A DNA stretch of 64,000 nucleotides, taken from Candidatus Peribacterales bacterium. Its GTDB lineage: Bacteria; Patescibacteriota; Gracilibacteria; Peribacterales; Peribacteraceae. The notes under the pieces were generated by a model that did no database searches, was not told the DNA's origin, and worked only from the letters and a program-made list of their open reading frames with translations. Made by a program: the position numbers and the translations under genes. Where the stretch lies: the NCBI GenBank assembly GCA_035289645.1, contig DATDWL010000002.1:759-64758 (forward strand). Reading direction: 5' to 3'. This document shows, one piece after another, positions 24,996 to 33,098 of this stretch (position 1 is the first letter of the stretch; the number at the start of each line of letters is the position of its first letter).

Positions 24996-26084
24996 ATGCC
25001 TCTCCAAATAGGAATCGTTGGATTGCCAAACGTCGGGAAGTCCACGCTCTTTAATGCGCTCATCCGATCTCGATCCGCAGATGCCGCGAATTACCCATTC
25101 TGCACCATCGATCCAAACGTCGGCGTTGTGGAAGTGCCGGATGCAAGACTCACAAAACTCGCGGAGATTGTGAAACCAGAGAAGGTTATTCCAGCGACGA
25201 TCGAATTTGTGGATATTGCAGGACTCGTAGAAGGTGCACATAAAGGGGAAGGACTCGGCAATCAATTCCTCAGTAACATCCGCGAATGCGATGCGATTTG
25301 CGAAGTGGTCCGTTACTTTGATGATGGCAACATCATCCATGTTTCCGGAACAGTCGACCCCAAACGCGACATCGATGTGATCGAAGCCGAGCTCATTCTG
25401 GCCGATATTGCATTGCTCGATAAACGAAGGCAAAAACATATGAATGCTGCAAAGACAGGGAATAAAGAATCCAAAGATCAAATGGAAGTGATCGAGCCGC
25501 TGTGGATTGCATTGAACGATGGCAAGCCCGCCTCTTCCGTTTCGTTCCCGGAGGAAAAATATCTCCTCATCAAAGAGCTTCATCTCCTCACAAGTAAACC
25601 GCTCCTGTATGCCGTGAATGTGTCGGAGAAGGAACTTGGCACCTTGGATATCGAAGCAGTGCGTAAGAAACTCAATGTCGAGAGGGGAGTCGTTCTCGTC
25701 TCCGCAAAGATCGAAGAAGATCTGATGGATCTTGCACCAGCGGAGGCAAAAGAATTCCTCAACGATCTTGGTGTTCAATCTTCTGGGCTCGAATCACTCA
25801 TTCGCGCTGCCTACGAACTTCTTGGACTCCAGACGTACTTCACTGCGGGTCCTAAAGAGGTGCGAGCATGGACGATTCGCAAAGGCGCAAAAGGTCCGGA
25901 AGCTGCCGGAGTTATCCATACCGACTTCGAAAAAGGATTCATTCGAGCGGAGACGATTGCATACGAAGATTATGTGAATTTAGGCGGCGAAGCAGGGGCG
26001 AAGGGTGCGGGAAAAATGCGCAGCGAAGGGAAAGAATATGTCGTAAAAGATGGCGATGTGATGTTGTTCCGGTTCAACGTATGA
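24996..26084 (+). CDS. ychF: Ribosome-binding ATPase YchF
   Basis: GIVGLPNVGKSTLFNAL P-loop and a C-terminal TGS-like VVKDGDVMLFRFNV. Confidence 0.93.
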   Translation: MPLQIGIVGLPNVGKSTLFNALIRSRSADAANYPFCTIDPNVGVVEVPDARLTKLAEIVKPEKVIPATIEFVDIAGLVEGAHKGEGLGNQFLSNIRECDAICEVVRYFDDGNIIHVSGTVDPKRDIDVIEAELILADIALLDKRRQKHMNAAKTGNKESKDQMEVIEPLWIALNDGKPASSVSFPEEKYLLIKELHLLTSKPLLYAVNVSEKELGTLDIEAVRKKLNVERGVVLVSAKIEEDLMDLAPAEAKEFLNDLGVQSSGLESLIRAAYELLGLQTYFTAGPKEVRAWTIRKGAKGPEAAGVIHTDFEKGFIRAETIAYEDYVNLGGEAGAKGAGKMRSEGKEYVVKDGDVMLFRFNV

Positions 26085-26374
26085 TCTTCATTCCTCGCGA
26101 CGAGCCATTCATTTGCGAACGCTGCAACTTCGCAGTGGAGCCGCTCACACACGGCACGTGCCGTAGTCACTGCCCCAAGTGCCTCTGGAGCAAGCACGTG
26201 GATCACGAACCCGGAGATAGAGCATGCAGCTGTCATGGCCTCATGGAGCCAATAAGTCTGGATCAAAGCGGCAAGAAAGGATTTGTGATCATTCACAAAT
26301 GTACGACGTGCAAGATCGAAAAGAGAAATAAAGCAGCGCCGGATGATGAGCTTGGAAGTATTGTGTCATCCTGA
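26081..26374 (+). CDS. RNHCP-domain zinc-ribbon protein
   Basis: CERCNF...CRSHCPKCLWSKHVD...HKCTTCK. Its ATG at 26081 overlaps the ychF stop (ATGA). Confidence 0.7.
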   Translation: MIFIPRDEPFICERCNFAVEPLTHGTCRSHCPKCLWSKHVDHEPGDRACSCHGLMEPISLDQSGKKGFVIIHKCTTCKIEKRNKAAPDDELGSIVSS

Positions 26375-26413
26375 GAGGAATCCATACCCCCCTTACTTTC
26401 GTTACCTCTCTTC

Positions 26414-26866
26414 CTATTTATACTTATCCTTCACCTTCTTAATTCTCTCTTCTACCTTTTTCCTCAATCCTTCATCTCCCTCCGCCAGAATCTTCACTGC
26501 GGCGAGGGCTGCGTTTTTGGGGTGGAGCACGGTCATCGCAGGAACGTCGCTTGGCATCTGGAGCGAGGAGTGGATGTTGACAAGGTAATCCGCCTGATCC
26601 TTAAAGATCGGACACACGATCACGGGATAAACGGAGGAAGCAGCAAGCACGCCCCCGATGCCGTTACTCATACCAACGCAGGTGATGATGACGGTTGGCT
26701 CTGTACTTCGATTCAGTTCCTCAATTTTTGTATACACCTTCTCTGGCACTTTGTGCGCTGAGCCAATAGTTGTTTCTGCCGGTACGCCAAACTCCTTCAA
26801 TACTTCCAAAATAGCATTGCCGTGTTCGGCATCCGATTCCGAGGCGAGGAAGAGTATTACTTTCAT
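26414..26866 (-). CDS. purE: PurE-family AIR carboxylase / N5-CAIR mutase
   Basis: 150 aa. IGSAHKVPEKV...CVGMSNGIGGVLAASSVYPVIVCP. Confidence 0.88.
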   Translation of the reverse strand: MKVILFLASESDAEHGNAILEVLKEFGVPAETTIGSAHKVPEKVYTKIEELNRSTEPTVIITCVGMSNGIGGVLAASSVYPVIVCPIFKDQADYLVNIHSSLQMPSDVPAMTVLHPKNAALAAVKILAEGDEGLRKKVEERIKKVKDKYK

Positions 26867-26872
26867 ATGAGC

Positions 26873-26922
26873 ATTGTAGTACTTATTGCCAATATTGACA
26901 ATTACTGAAATAGTGATAATAT
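26873..26922. promoter_or_regulatory. Back-to-back promoters with overlapping -35 boxes (purE and orf26929)
   Basis: Plus strand: TTGACA (26895-26900), N16, TGaTAATAT, N6, ATG 26929. Minus strand: TTGTCA (26896-26901), N17, TACAAT (26873-26878), N6, ATG 26866. Confidence 0.6.
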
Positions 26923-26928
26923 AATCAT

Positions 26929-27336
26929 ATGTCTGATTTAAGAGATATTACGGACGAACAAATTCAAGGGGTGATTGAAAAAATCCCGGACAATACTTTA
27001 ATTGATAGCACAGGGAAGAAAATCACTGGTCTGACAGTGGGATCAGTTCGCAGAGAGATGGACCACCTCTTAAGAGAGGGCTTCACGCTTGGAGATGTCA
27101 GATCGGCGTATACCATTAGTGATGCACTGCTAGTTGGGGCACCATCTCAGTCAATACCTGTTGATGAGTTGATACAGAGGGCAGTTGAAAATTCTGTGGC
27201 ACGTATAAAATCAGATAACACTCCTGGTGGGTATGATCAAAGGAATCGTGTTGTGCCGAAGCGAGGACTAAAACGTCGTGCCCCGGGTCAGGAGGCTAAA
27301 GACGGTGAATTGAGGGATGATGATGGAGATGCATGA
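26929..27336 (+). CDS. Hypothetical protein (orphan, charged C-terminal tail)
   Basis: 135-aa ORF with a near-consensus promoter. AT-richer than the flanking purE and purC genes. Confidence 0.6.
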   Translation: MSDLRDITDEQIQGVIEKIPDNTLIDSTGKKITGLTVGSVRREMDHLLREGFTLGDVRSAYTISDALLVGAPSQSIPVDELIQRAVENSVARIKSDNTPGGYDQRNRVVPKRGLKRRAPGQEAKDGELRDDDGDA

Positions 27337-27372
27337 GGCAATGAGTGGAATGTTTTACGGTTTGTTGATCTT

Positions 27373-27381
27373 TGCTATAGT
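27373..27381 (+). promoter_or_regulatory. Extended -10 TGcTATAGT, 6 nt upstream of the purC ATG
   Basis: tttTGcTATAGTttcaccATG. Confidence 0.5.
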
Positions 27382-27387
27382 TTCACC

Positions 27388-28365
27388 ATGATCGAGGCGT
27401 CGCTCATCCATCCGTTCCTCACGAACACGGTCGAAAAAACGGATTTCGTTGGCTTGGGGAAGCGCTACCAGGGGAAGGTGCGGGATGTGTATACCGAGGG
27501 AGATAGAGTTATTTTGGTTTCGACTGATCGGCAATCTGCATTCGATGAGGATTGGTGCACGATTCCGCTCAAAGGGCAGGCGCTTAATCAAATGAGTGCA
27601 TGGTGGTTCGAGAAAGTAAAAGATGTGATGCCAACCCATGTGGTCTTTGTACCGGATCCAAATGTCACGGTGGCAAAGCGTTTGAATATGGTGAAAGTGG
27701 AGGTTGTCGTTCGCGCGTACCTCACAGGTTCGACTTCAACTTCGGCATGGGTGAATTACGAAAAAGGAGTTCGCAATTTTTGCGGTAATGCGTTGCCCGA
27801 TGATATGAAAAAGAATCAAAAGTTCAGCGATATCATCTTCACTCCATCGACAAAACCGGAAACCGGCCACGATGTTTCGGCGAGCCCCGAGGAGCTCATC
27901 GCGATGGGAGTGACGACTCCGGAAGAAATTGAAACATTAAAGAGCTGCGCATTTTCGCTCTTCCGTCGGGGCCAACAAGTGGCTTTGGAACGCGGTTTGA
28001 TCCTCGTCGATACCAAGTACGAGATGGGGTATGACTCGGAAGGAGTCTTGCGAGTAGGGGACGAAGTCCATACGCCCGACTCCTCGCGCTATTGGATTGC
28101 GAAGAGTTACGAGGAGCGATTTGCGAAAGGGCTCGAGCCCGAGAGTTTGGATAAAGAGTTCTTCCGGCTTTGGCTCCGTGATCAAGGCTTCGTCGATGGC
28201 AAACCAAAGCCCGTTGTGACCGATGATGCTAGAGTCATGCTTTCACAGCGCTACATCGATCTCTACGAGCGAATGACGGGAGAGAAGTTTGTAATCGAGC
28301 AAGGAGACGTGATTGCACGCATGGAGAAAAATCTGGAAACCTATCGAATGCCAGTAAAAGCATAA
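27388..28365 (+). CDS. purC: SAICAR synthetase (long form)
   Basis: GKVRDVYTEGDRVILVSTDRQSAFD...LILVDTKYEMG. Confidence 0.92.
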   Translation: MIEASLIHPFLTNTVEKTDFVGLGKRYQGKVRDVYTEGDRVILVSTDRQSAFDEDWCTIPLKGQALNQMSAWWFEKVKDVMPTHVVFVPDPNVTVAKRLNMVKVEVVVRAYLTGSTSTSAWVNYEKGVRNFCGNALPDDMKKNQKFSDIIFTPSTKPETGHDVSASPEELIAMGVTTPEEIETLKSCAFSLFRRGQQVALERGLILVDTKYEMGYDSEGVLRVGDEVHTPDSSRYWIAKSYEERFAKGLEPESLDKEFFRLWLRDQGFVDGKPKPVVTDDARVMLSQRYIDLYERMTGEKFVIEQGDVIARMEKNLETYRMPVKA

Positions 28366-28368
28366 ACG

Positions 28369-28417
28369 CTTTTCTTGAGCGAGCGACGAGACGAGGTCGA
28401 GACTCGCTCGAGAAAAG
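28369..28417 (+). terminator. Long hairpin directly after purC (putative terminator)
   Basis: cttttcttgagcgag ... ctcgctcgagaaaag forms a 15-bp stem with one mismatch, plus an inner cgac/gtcg stem. The downstream T-tract is weak. Confidence 0.45.
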
Positions 28418-28473
28418 CACTTTATTCTTCGTTTGCAGTCAGTTTCTAGCCACTCGAGAAAAATGTCTTTTTC

Positions 28474-28482
28474 TGCTATAAT
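28474..28482 (+). promoter_or_regulatory. Extended -10 TGcTATAAT upstream of the sortase gene
   Basis: ttcTGcTATAATaagagg. Confidence 0.4.
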
Positions 28483-28518
28483 AAGAGGAAATCACCGAAC
28501 CTATTTTCCTAGAAAACA

Positions 28519-29511
28519 GTGCCAAATAACAAACACTACAGTGCCAAATACGATGCGAATGGTGATGTCATCCTCAGTTTCCGCGACGAGATGCAGGAGG
28601 GATCAGTTTCTGCACACTTACACAATGCGGAAGAGGGAGAAGTGTTGCTTTTCCGGAAGATAGAATCGCATGTTCCACCGACTTTGCATGCAATTCCCGC
28701 AGCAGTATCGCATGTTCGTTTTCCGAATCTTTGGGATGCAATTCCACGCTTTCGATCTTCCCGTATTCACATTACCGCAGAGTCTTTACGATTCGTTGGC
28801 ACATTCGCTGCTGTTTTTCTCTTCCTCTTCGTTTCACTCAATTATCAGAGTTACGAACGCATGGTACGTGCAACGCTCCTTGGCGGCGAAGCAACAAGCG
28901 AACAGAGAGCGCTCACTGCCGTTACAAATCCGTTTCTTCGGAAGAAGCTCCTCTCCGTTCCCGAGCTTCCGCGTGCAGGAGTAAACAGGGAATTGTTTGC
29001 GATAATTCCGGAGGTAGCTCCCCCCGATAACCGTTTGATCATTCCTGCGATTAACATCAATGTTCCAATTGTCGAAGCCTCGGATGCTGCGCTCAGACGC
29101 CGTGATTTTGACATGTTTGATGAGGATATCCAAAATGCGCTCAAATTCGGCGTGGTGCATTACCCGGGGACGGCAGAACCGGGGGAGGTAGGAAACGTAT
29201 TCCTAACAGGTCATAGCAGCAATTTGCCGTGGGTGGACAGTAACTACAACGCGGTGTTTGCGCTCCTCCCAAGGCTCGCAATTGGAGACGAATACTCTGT
29301 GTTCTATCGAGGGTCGCTGCATCGTTACCGCGTGACCGAGAGGTTCGAGGTTTCCCCAAAAGATGTGTCGGTTCTTGCACAGCCAAATGATCAGCGTATG
29401 AGTACGCTCATGACCTGTACACCGGTCGGGACGACGCTTCGTCGGCTCATCATTCGTGCCATCGAAGTGGATCAGGAAACTCTAGCGAATAGTGATATGC
29501 CGCAGATCTGA
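28519..29511 (+). CDS. Membrane-anchored sortase family protein
   Basis: TM segment FVGTFAAVFLFLFVSL, then NVFLTGHSSN (His), STLMTCTPVG (TLxTC) and TLRRLIIRA (Arg). GTG start at 28519; an alternative ATG lies at 28591. Confidence 0.8.
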   Translation: MPNNKHYSAKYDANGDVILSFRDEMQEGSVSAHLHNAEEGEVLLFRKIESHVPPTLHAIPAAVSHVRFPNLWDAIPRFRSSRIHITAESLRFVGTFAAVFLFLFVSLNYQSYERMVRATLLGGEATSEQRALTAVTNPFLRKKLLSVPELPRAGVNRELFAIIPEVAPPDNRLIIPAININVPIVEASDAALRRRDFDMFDEDIQNALKFGVVHYPGTAEPGEVGNVFLTGHSSNLPWVDSNYNAVFALLPRLAIGDEYSVFYRGSLHRYRVTERFEVSPKDVSVLAQPNDQRMSTLMTCTPVGTTLRRLIIRAIEVDQETLANSDMPQI

Positions 29512-29533
29512 GGAATTTTTCGAAACGACATCA

Positions 29534-31603
29534 TTATTTCTCTTCTGTATTTTCCTTCTCGATTTCTGGCGGTGCCCCGAGGAGATCCGTTGATTGTGCT
29601 GGCTCCTTCAATGGCTCCATTTTCTGACGCTCGCGCTCCCGAGAGGCGAGGACCTGTGCGCGCCTGTGTGCGAGCTCTTCTGGATTGGTTGTCACGATCT
29701 CATGTTCCTTGGGGCTTGCAACAACTTGAATCGCAACGTGCTTTCTTCCTGCAAAGAACACGCCCTGACCCACGCCTGCATTCAAAAGCAGATACTTCTC
29801 GCCTTCCGTTAGATTAAAAGCTTTCTGCAATGCGTCGACTGCGGATGGCGCCTGCTTGAGTAAAATCTGCATGGCGGCGTTCGTTACGATCGGCTTTCCG
29901 TACGGCGAATTCATAAAGTCTTCCACGTCTTGTGTGATTGTTGTAATGCCGAGGTAATACTTGCGCGCGCGCTTGATGAGTCCATACAGGAATCGTGCGG
30001 AGTCTTCGTACTGCATAATGTTCCATGCCTCATCCATCACAATCATGCGCTTTTTGAGCGAACTCCTTACTTCGTTCCAGAGGAAATTCAACACAATGTA
30101 AATTGCCATCGGGCGGAGTGATTCCTCCAGATCGCGCGTTTGGAACACCATGAGATCAGCATTCACATTGATATTGGTTTGCTTGTTGAAGAGCCCTGCA
30201 AAACTTCCTTCGGTGAACTTTTTCAGAACTTTTGCCATATCTTCGCCTCCATCGGTCGTCTGCAGCACATCAACGAGGTTATGAAGCGTGGGCGGTTCTT
30301 TGGTGCCAAGATCCACCGTATCGAGCGTGATGCCCTTGAGTGCGTACGTATCCAAAATGGCTTTATCGAGCGTTGCTTCCTGCTCGGAACTTATGTGCCC
30401 CAGCATCAGCTTAAAGAGGCCATGAAGGTTAATGACAGCGCTCCGCAGGAGTTCGCCCGGTTTTTCATCCTCATCATCTTTTCGCGTGGCTTTTGGCAGA
30501 TCGAACGGATTGATTTGGAAGTTACTTTGGATCGAAAGTGGAATCGCCGTTCCGCCCATCACGTGTGCGAGCTCGGTGTATTCATTTTCCGGATCGATGA
30601 TGTAGACCGCCGTATCCATCATCAAATACCGGATGACTTCCAGCTTTACGCAGTATGATTTTCCAGCTCCAGATGTCGCGAAGACCGTTGAGTTCGCATT
30701 GGGGAGTTTAAACCGGTCGAAAATGACGAGGGATTCGTTATGGCGGTTGATGCCGTAGAGAACTCCCTGATCACTCGTGAGATCGGAACTAGAAAACGGA
30801 AAGCTTGTCGCAAGCGGAGCAGTATTCATATTGCGGTTGATTTCAAGTTCGTCCAGACAGAGCGGAAGCGTGGAGTTCCACGCATGCTCCATCTGAAAAT
30901 CCGCGGCCTTTGTGAGGATGAGTTTCCCTCCGAGGATGGATTCGAGGTCCGACTGTATCTTTTTCATCTTCTCCTCGTTGTCTGCGTAGACCGTGATGTA
31001 GAGGCCGAATTGGAACAGTTTTTCGAATCCGCGCGCAAGCATATCCCTCAAAAGTTCCGCATCTTCCAATGCCGCTTCGAGTTGAGGATCGCGGCTTAAG
31101 CCCTTTTCGCGCCGCATGCTAAGCGATGATCGCATCTCTGTGACTTTGCGCTTTAACATCTTCATCACCACCGCACTGGGTGACGGATAAATGAATTGAG
31201 CAATATCCATCGCCGCTTCGTAGTTCACGATGGGCGAGAGCCAGTTCGGATGGATTTGGCTCGGCCAGTTATAGGTGAAGAACGTTCGGGAGATCGTGCC
31301 ATCGCCGAGTTCGATTTTTCGAACACCGATATCAAGCGCAGAGGGCGAGATAACATCCAAAACTTTCTGAAGTCCCTCTTCGTACAATTGTTCCGAAGTT
31401 TTCATTTCCTCTTCACTGATGCCATCATTTTCTACCGATATTTTTTTTGGAGCCTTTTTTGGCGCGGGGCTACCGAGGAGTAGATCCAAAAGTCCGCCGC
31501 CGCTCTGTGCGGATTTTGTGGGATCAGCGGCAGGTTTTCTCGTGCCAAGAAGGGAGTCGAGAAGTCCGCCAGTTGCTTGTTTCTTTTGTTTGTTTTCAGC
31601 CAT
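29534..31603 (-). CDS. VirB4/TraC-like type IV secretion ATPase
   Basis: 689 aa. Walker A VFATSGAGKSY and Walker B RMIVMDEAWNIM. Confidence 0.85.
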   Translation of the reverse strand: MAENKQKKQATGGLLDSLLGTRKPAADPTKSAQSGGGLLDLLLGSPAPKKAPKKISVENDGISEEEMKTSEQLYEEGLQKVLDVISPSALDIGVRKIELGDGTISRTFFTYNWPSQIHPNWLSPIVNYEAAMDIAQFIYPSPSAVVMKMLKRKVTEMRSSLSMRREKGLSRDPQLEAALEDAELLRDMLARGFEKLFQFGLYITVYADNEEKMKKIQSDLESILGGKLILTKAADFQMEHAWNSTLPLCLDELEINRNMNTAPLATSFPFSSSDLTSDQGVLYGINRHNESLVIFDRFKLPNANSTVFATSGAGKSYCVKLEVIRYLMMDTAVYIIDPENEYTELAHVMGGTAIPLSIQSNFQINPFDLPKATRKDDEDEKPGELLRSAVINLHGLFKLMLGHISSEQEATLDKAILDTYALKGITLDTVDLGTKEPPTLHNLVDVLQTTDGGEDMAKVLKKFTEGSFAGLFNKQTNINVNADLMVFQTRDLEESLRPMAIYIVLNFLWNEVRSSLKKRMIVMDEAWNIMQYEDSARFLYGLIKRARKYYLGITTITQDVEDFMNSPYGKPIVTNAAMQILLKQAPSAVDALQKAFNLTEGEKYLLLNAGVGQGVFFAGRKHVAIQVVASPKEHEIVTTNPEELAHRRAQVLASRERERQKMEPLKEPAQSTDLLGAPPEIEKENTEEK

Positions 31604-31703
31604 GAATTTGATTCGAAATATTCATGTAATTATAGCAGAAAAGGGGGGATTTCGGAAGGCAGTGTATTCACGGTTCTTATAGGGTCGCAGCATGCTGTGC
31701 CCC

Positions 31704-31709
31704 TACAAT
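31704..31709 (+). promoter_or_regulatory. -10 box TACAAT, 7 nt upstream of ATG 31717
   Basis: cccTACAATacgatccATG. Confidence 0.45.
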
Positions 31710-31716
31710 ACGATCC

Positions 31717-32193
31717 ATGAAAAGGGCATGCATTACCGTATTCTTTTGCATCCATGCTGTTGCCATTGGCATTGGATCGATTCCTTCCGAAGGAGAAGTT
31801 TTAGCAGGTTTTGGCCCCATTGCTCATATGTACCTCAACGCCACAGGGCAGTGGCAGAAGTGGAACCTGTTTGCGCCGGATCCTCTGCGAACATTCTCAT
31901 CCTATTCGGTAGAGATTGTCTCTCCATCGCAGCAAAAAAGATCAATACCGATTACGGCAGAATCTCTCCCATGGTACGAGCGCACGAATATTCTTAAAAT
32001 CATGCGGCAGGTTTCGAACACGAATGAAGAGCAAATGTATTTGCGTGCCGCGTTACTCCATTCTCTCTGCAGGCGCTTCAAGCTCCCTTCAGGAAGCACG
32101 CTCACGCTCGTGACAACGATCGTTGATGTGCTTGATCCGGATCATCCGCCAAGCACCAACGATGATGTCTCTGTTTCCTGCAATCAAGCATGA
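31717..32193 (+). CDS. Small N-anchored protein, partner of HTTM gene (SdpA-like by position and size)
   Basis: 158 aa with an N-terminal hydrophobic segment and the motif WQKWNLFAPDP. Its stop overlaps the HTTM start (ATGA). Confidence 0.6.
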   Translation: MKRACITVFFCIHAVAIGIGSIPSEGEVLAGFGPIAHMYLNATGQWQKWNLFAPDPLRTFSSYSVEIVSPSQQKRSIPITAESLPWYERTNILKIMRQVSNTNEEQMYLRAALLHSLCRRFKLPSGSTLTLVTTIVDVLDPDHPPSTNDDVSVSCNQA

Positions 32194-33098
32194 TGTGTGA
32201 TTCATTCATCAATCGTTTTTTCTTTGAGCCGATTTCTGCACGGCCATTTTTACGAATGCGGACTCTGTGGGCGTTTGCGACATTCGGTACGCTCCTTATG
32301 CAGTGGAATGATGTTGTATGGTTTTATTCGAGCGAGAGTTTTTTGCTGCTGCAGCCGGATGTGTTTTCGCTTTCCGTTTTTCCGCGATTTTCGCTCCTTC
32401 ATTCCATCACGGATCCAGGCATGATCTTTTCATTCTACCTCGCACTTCTCGCTTCGCTCCTTTGTGTTTTTTTTGGCTTTGTAGAGCGATTTGCGCTGAT
32501 CATTGCCGTTATTCTTCTCCACTCGTTCCACTATCGAAATCCATTGCCAATGGGAGGAGGGGATGTGCTTTTGTACAACATTGGATTTCTTTTGATGGTA
32601 ACGCCGACTGTTCGTCACAAAACGTTTGCTCGTTTTCTCGTTTCCCGTTTTTTGTTGCGAAACGAGCAGCCAGAAAACAAGCAACAAACAACTATGCCTG
32701 TCTGGCCGTACCGTCTTCTCCTTTTCCAAATCATTATCCTATACCTCTCTTCACTCTGGTGGAAACTCCTTGGTGAGACATGGATGAATGGCACGGCAGT
32801 GGAAATTGCATTCCGCAATCCCGAATTCGCACGGTTCATATTTCCTCCTCAACTCCTTCACCTCCTCTCGCCAATCTTAAGTTATGGAACGATGCTCTTC
32901 GAGCTCTGCTGGATTCTGCTCCTCATTCCTCGGTTCAAATATCACGAACGCCTTAAAGCCACTCTCATTATTATTGGTATTTTCTTCCACCTTGGCATTG
33001 CAGTGTTTTTGGAAGTCGGATCATTCGGTGCCGCATTGTTTGTTGCATATCTTGGTCTGTGGTCGAAGCACGGGGGCACTCACAGGACTACATCATGA
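32190..33098 (+). CDS. HTTM-domain (vitamin-K-carboxylase-like / SdpB-like) membrane protein
   Basis: 302 aa, polytopic. The N-terminal pattern F.RMRTLWAFATFGTLLMQW... is typical of HTTM proteins. Confidence 0.7.
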   Translation: MMCDSFINRFFFEPISARPFLRMRTLWAFATFGTLLMQWNDVVWFYSSESFLLLQPDVFSLSVFPRFSLLHSITDPGMIFSFYLALLASLLCVFFGFVERFALIIAVILLHSFHYRNPLPMGGGDVLLYNIGFLLMVTPTVRHKTFARFLVSRFLLRNEQPENKQQTTMPVWPYRLLLFQIIILYLSSLWWKLLGETWMNGTAVEIAFRNPEFARFIFPPQLLHLLSPILSYGTMLFELCWILLLIPRFKYHERLKATLIIIGIFFHLGIAVFLEVGSFGAALFVAYLGLWSKHGGTHRTTS

